Source of the DNA: Octopus sinensis
Taxonomy: Eukaryota
Assembly: GCF_006345805.1 (NCBI RefSeq)
Contig: NC_042999.1
Span: forward strand, 29,512,001 to 29,576,000
Length of the DNA stretch: 64,000 nucleotides
Direction: 5' to 3'
Part shown: in pieces, positions 54,564-64,000 of the stretch
How positions within the stretch are numbered: the first letter of the stretch is position 1
How the letters are laid out: every line of letters begins with the position of its first letter
Made by a program: the position numbers and the translations under genes
Notes under the pieces: generated by a model
Database searches by the model: none
Told to the model about the DNA's origin: nothing
What the model saw: the letters and a program-made list of their open reading frames with translations, nothing else

Positions 54564-55232
54564 ATAATATATATATATAACGCAAAATAAGATAGGGGTT
54601 TAGAGGGTAGACCATAGGCTGAAACAGCTGTAAGAAGCAGTTTGTTTGTATTATTTTTATTGTATTATTAATTTGCATATTGATTTATAATGTTTTGTTC
54701 GATTTTCATCTTCATATTTATAATTAATAGATAATATGAAATTGTAATATCTGATGATCGAAACGAATTTGTTCCTCCATTTTCTTATTTGTATATATAT
54801 ATATATATATAGTTATATGCGTGTGTATATATGTGTGTGTATTTATATGTATATATGTTTGTATACGTATGCATATATATACATACGCATATATGCTAAA
54901 ATATATATATGAACATCTAACCACCCACACCGTACACCACACATCATTACACGCACACCCACACAGAATCGTCAAAAGTGTCAGCAAACTTATCATGAAG
55001 CCACTCACAATGTTTTACTCAGCACACACTACACAGAATCTTTCAAGCTCCCACTACACAATCACATAATATCTAAACACACAGATTATATAAACACACA
55101 CAAGACGCATAGACAACGATATTTTTCACGCACAAACATACACTATACACTCGTACACACGCAGGCAACACCCACCATTCTCACATACATACACACACGC
55201 GTTTGCGCACATTCGTTCGTTGAAATCATCGT

Positions 55233-55233
55233 A

Positions 55234-55311
<78 letters not shown>

Positions 55312-55513
55312 TGTATTATTATCATTATTATTAGTAGTAGTATTATTATTAGTATTATTATTATTAACATTATTATTATTATCATTATTAGTATTATTAT
55401 TATTATCATTAACATTATTATTATTATCATTATTGTTGTTATTATTATTATCATTATTATTGTTAGTATTATTATTATTATTGTTGCTGTCGTTGTTATC
55501 ATTATTATTATTA
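55233..55513. repeat. (ATT)n degenerate microsatellite (LINE tail or target)
   Basis: Directly visible. Confidence 0.95.
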
Positions 55514-57845
55514 TTCCTTCGTAACACAGTGTAAAAATGCACTGAAGTCTTTAGTCATCTGTCTCGTCAGAACAAGGACATCATACAGGTAACGCTTTCC
55601 TTAAGATGTGCGCTGTGGCCAATAAGGATGCTTTTTGGAAGACATCAATGTTGCATCCAGTTGTATTAAGAAGTCTTGAAGTTTGAATGGCATTGAGCCC
55701 AACGATCGAATACCACTGGTATTACTTTTGCATAATTTTCTCGCATTCCATACAGCCTTGCCATGTCCATTTCCTCTTTCAATTCGGAGTATCTGGCGAT
55801 TTTTTCAACCTCTTTACTCACAACATTCATGTCCTTTATAATGGTTACATCAATGATCTGACAACTTCTTTCTAACTTATTGAACATGACATTATCCGGC
55901 CGTGGGTGTTCGATTTCACGATCAGTCTGAAAATTATAGTCATAGAATATTGTTACTTTTCCATCCTCCTGAATAACGTTACTTAGTACATGCACATACC
56001 AGTTCTCCTGTTAATTCACATTTATATTTACGGCATAAGAGCCAATAAAGATACACCCACAATATAGCGTCGCCGTGTTTGTATTCTCTTTCTACAAAAC
56101 TCTGGCATCCACTTACCAAGTGGTTAACATCTCCCATACGCGTTCCACAAAGTCTGCATTTCTTGATGTCAGAAGTTTTATAGATGTTCTACTTCACTGA
56201 ATTGATAGTGAGAACCTGGTCTTCTGCAGCAATGATCAAGTATTCAGTGGTACGCTTCAAATAACCTCGCTCTAGCCATGCCCATGATACTGTATTATCC
56301 TTAATATCTTGTGTCTTCCATTGAAACTGTCCATGCATTATCATTTCAAGAATGTCTTCTTTTCACTTCTCCTCAGATCTTTCGTTATACTCTTCCTAGC
56401 ACATCTTTTCATCTGCATTTACGCACATATCTTTCGCAACATATTGCAGTAGTTTTTCATTACCAATTATCAAACATTCGGCAAGCGTTCTCCCTTCACT
56501 CCTTATACAATGGTCTATACTAATTAGTCTCCTGCCATCGTTCTTTCTTTTCATGCACTGTCTGTTTACATTCGCTTTGGGGTGTAGCGCCCCATGGAGC
56601 GTTATCGACTTTTTCGTCCTTCTATCCAGTGATGGTATTTCCTCTTTAGTCCATTTGAGGATGGATGCACTAAATCTGACCACCGAAACTTCCCAGGTAT
56701 TCATGGTGATAATCAAAGTCTTGGAATTCGGATTGGATTTCAACAGCATCTTCACGCTATTTTTTGATACGCCTCGCTGCGTACAGTGTCAACCAGCACC
56801 CAAATCCATAAATATTTATACCTACTACCGTCGGGTTCACCAATCGTCTCCCCTGATGGTAACCGCAATTCTCTGCAGGCTGCTTTCTTCCCTGTTTTCA
56901 TATTAAGTTCTGAGCATTTGATGATACCATATTCCATGACGATGTCCCTGCCATACTGCTGGACTGTTTTGGTTAAGGAAAGTATCTGCTTCAGATTTCC
57001 TAAACAATTTCAGGTCATCCATAAACAGAAAATGGTTCAATGATGGACCTCCTTTCCCTTATCGGTAACCTATCTTAACTCACCAAAATGTCAAGGGTAT
57101 TAGTGCAATTACAAAAAGTAACGGAGAAAACGAGCCTCCTTGTAAGATTACCCTTCGAAAATTAACTTCTCCAAGGAATTCATTACTTGAGTAGAATTTG
57201 GTTTTCCACTCTTTCATGCCAAGCATCAGGAAATTTGTGATGTTGTCAGCAACACAAATCAACTGCAAGCATTCAACTGTCCAAGAATGAGGCATGATAT
57301 TTTTTGCTTTCTTAAAGTCAACCTAAGCCATAAATATGTGTGTATGCTTTTGAAAATGCCTCAGAACTGTTTTATCGATGGCCAGATGATCTTTGGTATC
57401 CTGAGAACTCTTCCTACATCGATTTTGTTCCCTCGGTAGCATTTCATCCTGTGCCAGTCATTTCTACTCCAGTTAAGTAACCCTTTCTCCTAATCACTCT
57501 CAATCGGTTCATGTCGTTTGCCATCCGAAATTTCAAGGTTCGCCGAAATACTCTGCGACTTCCTTTCAGCTTTGCTCTATCATGGCATTCAATAAGTGTA
57601 CCGTATTCTTCCTCCGTCGACTCATGTCTGTTTTTGCGCAAACCGTGTATATGATCTGTTGTGAGATAGCAACCGTCCAAGGCCAGATCACAGTTCCTGA
57701 TGTAGGAGCTTTCGAACAAGCCGAGTGGGAAAGCTTCAACGTGATCTCCTATAGCATCATTCTCACTGTTAACTCTTTCCTTGATGTGTTGCATACTGAT
57801 TTCATGAGTTGTTTGTTGGGTTCCCATGGAAGTTGTTACTGAGAT
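55514..57845 (-). mobile_element. Longest R4/Dong-like LINE remnant (RT, thumb, CCHC, REL endonuclease, 3' UTR)
   Basis: Reads EQNRCRKSSQDTKDHLAIDK, MPHSW, ILQGGSFSPLLFVIALIPL, HFLFMDDLKLF, YKYL, NTWEVSVVRFSASILKW and HPRPDNV...IIDV...EKIARY. Frameshifted. Confidence 0.92.
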
Positions 57846-58236
57846 CCCATCTCCCTCTTCCTCTCTTTATTTGCATATGCACGTGCACACGTATGTACAC
57901 ACACATATATAAAACTAATGTACTTGCATTGTGGCGACTCCATAACCACAGTGGTTATCATTAACAACGTCGTTATACCTATAGCATATAAAATTATCAA
58001 TATTAACTTTATTGTTGTTATTATTATTATTATTATTACTACTACTACTAGTACTACTACTACTACAACTACTACTACTACTACTACAACTACTACTGTT
58101 GTTGTTGTTTTATTATTATTATTATGTCCGTTTTATTAAAACTCTTTTTTCCAGTCGTTTCCCCTTGAAACACCGTTGGACATTTTATGTCTCTTATTTC
58201 CATTGTCATATATATATATACATATATATATATATA

Positions 58237-58281
<45 letters not shown>

Positions 58282-58772
58282 ATTTCAGAATCACACGTAT
58301 GTAATTATATGAGTATATATGCTTGCACATGTGTGTATCCCTACAAATATTAATTACGTACATAAGTGTGTGAATGTGCTTGTACGTGAATGAATAAGTG
58401 AGTGTGTGTCTGTGTGTGCATATTTGTGTGTTTGTATGTGTGTGCGTGCGTCTGTGTGTGTATGATTTGCTCGCAAACCAACAAGTCACGTGAAATATCC
58501 GGACATAGATACACTCTCTTTCTCTTACTCTACCTGCATTGCATCTTTGTGTAATTTTTATATAAGTATGTATATACAAACATATCCATACATATATACG
58601 CAGAAATACAAATACGTTAGGGCAAAAGAGAGTTCAGTGATAAAGACACACACACACATGTACACACACATATATAAACGTACTCAAACATACATGCAAA
58701 CAGACAAACACAAAACACACGCACTCATATGTATAGTCACGTACACGCATAAATACAAACACACACACACAC

Positions 58773-58910
<138 letters not shown>

Positions 58911-60374
58911 CATATATATATTATATATATATTATATATATATATATATATATAGCCTTCATCTAAGTTTTAGTAATTCTTTCATGTTACCGACCTCATG
59001 GTAGTTTATAATTATGTGTTCTAGAAGCCTTTGCTACATAAATCAGTCTGTTTCGGTGCGTGATAACAACAATACTTACCAAACTAAACAAAGCTATTTT
59101 TATAGACTTATTCCTTCTATTCTTGATCATATGACGTGAAGATAATTAGTGAGATTGTAGCTGCCGAAGGGTTTGTTGGACCTATAAACTCAGATTCATG
59201 GTAAAAAGGAAAATAAACATAGTGTTTGTGTAAGAATTGTTGGCATTAATTTCTCCAGTAAACGAGATCTATCTTCGTCCGTTTTGCTGTAAATGACTTG
59301 GCACGAGTTGCTGCTTTATTTGGCTATAAGGAAAAGTGCAATGTTTCTATCAGAGATAATGAGTTAACTAGTAAGCAAACGTAATGTAATTTATTTTAGA
59401 CCTCAGAAGCGACACACACTCGAACATCTCATTACTCTGAATGAATTATAATCCTGATTTAGATATTAAGAATGATCTACGGTGATTAAGTGATGCCATA
59501 ACTGATAATAAATATACAATAAATTAAAAAAACAACGTACGCTAACTATTCTCATGTGTATTCCGAATGAGCTGAATGAGAATCTCCAATTGCATCTGTA
59601 TGTTATATATTTCCTTCAATTCAGTCTTATAAATGTATTAGATATTTACATGCTCGCTTTTGTTAGAATGAGTTGTTCCATATTTGCTCGGGAAAAGCAC
59701 TGTATATGCACAGAACCCAGCTGCCATCGGCTTCGAGTTATATCTACATGAATAGATTTAAATACAAATGAATATCTTTTTTACTCAATTGATAAATATA
59801 GGTTTTAAATGTTTCCTATTTTGAGTAGTAATCTACCCGATCTGTTCTGTAAAAGAAAAGCATGGCAGAACTGTAAAGCTTAGGCCTTCATTATTTTGAC
59901 ACGTTACCATTAACGTACTTGCGGCACAATTTTAAATAAATCACAAGAAATTTGTAAAAAAACATGCTTATCTGTAAGAAATAATATATAAATTGGAATT
60001 GTTGTTACAGAAACATTTGTCTATCCTCGGTAACGGCAGAAGTTGAATAATATAAACTTAGAAGATTATAATACTGTACAACATCAAATTTCTTTATGAT
60101 ATTTAATGTGTCGAATACACACATTAATGCAGTTAACATCGTACTAATATATGAATATATATTCTAGAATATGCATTGTGTTTATATAAATACATTTTAT
60201 TACTTTACAATTCTTATATCAATGCTGATTCAACTTCTCGACCAATAAGAAATGTTTAGTGAAAGACTATACAATGACGGCAGCAAAACAGCACAAGATT
60301 TCGAGAATAAAACAACTCATTCTTTGGAATTCCGCATAATTTTGCAAACGTGATGGAAACTAGTATATTGCAGA

Positions 60375-60660
60375 CATGCGTGTGGGTACCCAAAACAAAA
60401 CCAGAATTCTGCAATGATATTTTATTCACTTAGTCTTACATGTTAACGCTTTTATCGACTAAACAATATTCACCATTTGAAGCAATACATCGGTCGGTCT
60501 ACATGCGCTTTCCACCGCTCGAAGCAACGCTGCACCTCTTGCCTTTTAACGTCTCCGTCGTTTCTTCCATATCTGCAAATTCCATCATCAGTAAAGACCT
60601 TCGAAAAACATTCCGGATCAACTCCCAGCCGTTCTTTCAATTCACCACACGCATTCGGCC
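60375..60660 (-). mobile_element. Mariner 3' fragment
   Basis: Minus strand reads QRCFERWKAHVDRCIASNGEY. A TIR-like cgtgtgggtacccaaaacaaaaccagaat lies at the left end. Confidence 0.65.
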
Positions 60661-60672
60661 AATTAAAAAAAA

Positions 60673-60814
60673 ATTATTTACATTTTTTACGTTTGACGGA
60701 TATTTGTCCTCATCTTGTTTGTTGTTTTCACAATGTTTCCGTTGATATACCATCCGGCCTTCATTAGGTGTCTTGGGGAAATTTCGAACTTGGGCTCTAA
60801 TAGATATGTTTCGA

Positions 60815-60868
<54 letters not shown>

Positions 60869-61065
60869 CATCATAATCATCATCATCATCATCATCATTA
60901 TTATGATTATTATGACAGCATCGAAAAATATCTTAGGAATGAGAAGCCTGGTTCGAAATTTTCCCAAGACAGCTGATGAAGACTGGAGGATATATCAGCC
61001 GAAACGTTGTGTTAACAACAAAGAAAATGAGAGCAAATGTCCGCCAAAGTAAATCATATAAATAA
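60673..61065. mobile_element. Two inverted copies of an HHR-bearing Penelope-like repeat (family H4) flanking an (ATT)n(CAT)n tract
   Basis: The left arm 60673-60820 (-) and right arm 60913-61065 (+) are diverged reverse complements. Confidence 0.75.
60968..61013 (+). ncRNA. Minimal type I hammerhead motif with intact core (family H4)
   Basis: Sequence is gacag-CTGATGA-a-gactg-gaggatatat-cagcc-GAAAC-GTT-gtgtt. Sister copies have gacac, which pairs with gtgtt as stem I. Confidence 0.68.
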
Positions 61066-62589
61066 CGTAAATAAAGTAATTCCGCTTCATTTGAATATAT
61101 TCCGTCGTAAATGATTTTGATATTACATGAGCAACCGAGACAGACACCCATTTTCAAAATATTACATTTGTCTACTTGCATAAAATCGTAAAAGTCGAAG
61201 TAGTAATTTACCTACACGTCACACTCACTTGTCATCGTTTCTTATACTTGCAAAATCTTATTTAATTGAATATGGCTTCACTTGTGTAAATATACATAAA
61301 TATGTATATATGGTCATATGTATGTTTTCAGGAAAAATTATAAATTAATGTTGCTTCTATATGTACATATATAAGAAAGTAAACTGAGTGATCAATTTGC
61401 TTATAAGCTGAGTTGTCAAACAAACTTATATATGCAGGTAGTGGATTATTGATTGTGGTTGTATTTTGTGTTAATTTTCTATGAACGGGATCGCACAACA
61501 TTAAAGAAAATTGAAAGAAACGTTTTGATCAATGTGTCTTTTAAAATTATTAATTGCATATCCTTCAAATTACGCTGTGTTGTGTTAGAAGTGAGAAACA
61601 CTTTGAGAGCTTGCTAATATAATACTTTGTGTGTATGATGAAATAATATATATCAGGTTGAGATGTTAAACGCTCGTGTTCATAGAGAGACAGGATCTCA
61701 TCCAAGCCCAGAATATACAATAGTATGGGGAAACTACTGTTCGATATTTAAGGGTCAGCTTGATATCGACGATTGAACTGTTGCGGCTTTATTGGCGTTT
61801 TGTTTTATCTATTATCACTAATATGAAGCTGGCTTTTCACCATTTACAGTGAATAATAATCTATTTCTTTCACCACCTTGAAGTATTTTAGTAGAGCGAA
61901 TATACCCCATTACTTATTTTCTTCAACCTGGTTCATTGGTGTGTCTCTCGTAACGGCTAAGTTAAGTAATGTTCAGATATATTTCAAGATTACATAAGCA
62001 GATAACGGAAAATATGGCACATTACTTGTTTGTGAGGGAAGGCATAAATTATTGCATGCCTAATTGTTAACTCATTACTAGTTAATATGTGGATATTGAA
62101 TCCGACGATCATCCGTTCTGTCTTTTGCAGATAATTTTATAGTTGTACATAAATGCTTAAGTACAATTTGGTTGCAACGCTAGGCGTAATATTTACTGGG
62201 AAATATCATATATTAATCTGCATGCATGTTCACTCCTTTCGTTTTCTGATCCTACCGAGTGATTTCCTCTTCATATCTTTAATTATTTTTAACAGTGAGG
62301 CTGCTAATATGAACTGCGGGTATTAATATTTATAGACTTCATTATAATATAGCTTTCATCTAACATACAATTGATATTTGAGGCAGGCCATCGCGTAGAT
62401 TATCATACACATTTCTCCACAATTGAGACACGTCAGGTTTAGGATTTCAATTCTAGCCTGAAATACACCATCTCCATCGATGCTTGCAAAATGTAGAGTT
62501 AAAATAGTTGGGCAAAGTTCAGAGGAAGATAAAGTGCGTAGTCCTATATCACTCGTTAACAGAATGAATCCTATGGACATTATTTAGAT

Positions 62590-62745
62590 AATTTACATTA
62601 TTTACGTGTGACGGATATTTGTCCTCATCGTGATTGTTGTTAAACGCTTCGGCTGATATTCCCTCCACCCTTCATCAGGTGTCTTGGGGAAATTTTGAAC
62701 CTGGCTTCTCATTCCTAAGTTATTTTTCGATGCTGCTGTTATGAT
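62590..62745 (-). mobile_element. Third family H4 repeat with a degenerate HHR at 62641-62683
   Basis: Minus strand reads ccccaagacac-CTGATGA-agggtggagggaatatcagcc-GAAGC-gtt...gatgaggacaaatatccgtca. Confidence 0.7.
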
Positions 62746-62761
62746 TAGTATTATTATTTTT

Positions 62762-62843
62762 GTTCTTCTTCTTCTTCTTCTTCTTCTTCTTCTTCTTCTT
62801 CTTCTTCTTCTTCTTCTTCTTCTTCTTCTCTTCTTCTTCTTCT

Positions 62844-62890
<47 letters not shown>

Positions 62891-62924
62891 TTCTCTTCTT
62901 CTTCTTCTTCTTATTATTATTATA

Positions 62925-62962
<38 letters not shown>

Positions 62963-62976
62963 TATTATTATTTTTA

Positions 62977-63019
<43 letters not shown>

Positions 63020-63039
63020 CATTATTATTATTATTATTA

Positions 63040-63088
<49 letters not shown>

Positions 63089-63147
63089 CATTATATTATT
63101 ATTATTATCATTGTTATTATTATTATCATTGTTATTATTATTATATT
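62762..63147. repeat. (TTC)n(TTA)n compound microsatellite
   Basis: Directly visible. Confidence 0.95.
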
Positions 63148-63549
63148 GATATGAGATCACCATGTCGCTCACATATGGTTGTGATGGAGGTGCCTGGTGT
63201 ACCTTTTATCGGACTGGTAGTGATGATGGGTATACTGGGCTTCTTATTCGGAGAAACTCCAAAATTACACATTTTCTCCTGGAAACCTACTTGTTATTTT
63301 CTAGTTATGAATTATATAGTGTGAAACATAAGGAAGACAACGTGGCATGTATCTAATACTCTAGTGTTTGTCAAGGCTAGTGGAACCTTTAATATGTCAA
63401 ATCCTGTATGAAAGCAAGTTACAAATCTCTTGTTTAGAGATACAGCGCTAATTAATCATCATGAAGTTTGTTGCTTTTGAACATAATATGGGCGTTTCAT
63501 GCAGGTTAGCATTCTTTTATGTGAAATATTATGCTTCCTTCATTACCCT

Positions 63550-63758
63550 TTTCAAAATCTAGCAGATGCCCAGCAATTTCGGGAAGAGGTAATCGGATTA
63601 TATCGACAGCAGTGATTAATTGGTACTTATATTATTGGCTCCAGATATAAGAAATTCCAAGTGAACATTGGTGGCATTTCATCTCAGTTAGTGAATTCCT
63701 AATAAATGCTGCTAATCATTTTGTTTGGTGAGGTACTGATTGTGTGAGCTCACCGCTT
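63550..63758 (-). mobile_element. Degenerate SINE family B-related copy
   Basis: Contains gagctcaccgc, gattatatcgac and tggtacttat, which are remnants of the reverse-complemented consensus. Confidence 0.5.
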
Positions 63759-63879
63759 TGTTACTTATTGTAAATATTAGCTTCCATTTTAATGAAAGAG
63801 ATGATGTCGCAAGGGAAAATTTCGCTCGATCGGATCCCCCTGTCTCTCACACTAGGCGCTATATATTTTTTACTCTAAT

Positions 63880-64000
63880 GGCGGTGAGCTGGCAGGAATG
63901 TTAGCACTCCTGGCAAAATTTTTAGCGATATTTCGCGCGTCTTTACGTTCTGAGTTCAAATTCCTCTTTGGCCAACTTTGCCTTTCATCATGTCGGGGTC
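63880..64000 (+). mobile_element. SINE family B, 5' part, truncated by the window end
   Basis: Reads ggcggtgagctggcag...gttagcac...ttctgagttcaaattcc...actttgcctttcatc. Confidence 0.85.

Noticed and set aside
57690-57745. CTGATGT...GAAAGCTT hammerhead-like string inside the LINE
   Set aside because: The core is mismatched and no consistent stem I or II can be drawn.

Overview
AT-rich, microsatellite-dense eukaryotic DNA with no recognisable host gene. The SINE families and the (TA)n/(CA)n/(AAT)n load suggest an octopus-like cephalopod genome (inference). Almost all ORFs in the track are microsatellite translations or pieces of decayed transposons. The window holds three tRNA-derived SINE families, several REL-endonuclease (R4/Dong/NeSL-like) LINE remnants lying in (AAT)n tracts, mariner, Tc1 and Chapaev3-like DNA transposon relics, and a probable non-autonomous Helitron. 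The main unannotated signal is a set of about 12 complete or degenerate minimal type I hammerhead-ribozyme (HHR) motifs, plus several half motifs. They fall into at least four sequence families. Two families are physically linked to GIY-YIG endonuclease remnants of Penelope-like elements with inverted terminal repeats. One near-intact HHR is present twice, 1194 nt apart, in a near-identical tandem duplication, a layout that could form a double hammerhead and release a unit-length RNA. All structures were read by eye and none has been computed or tested.
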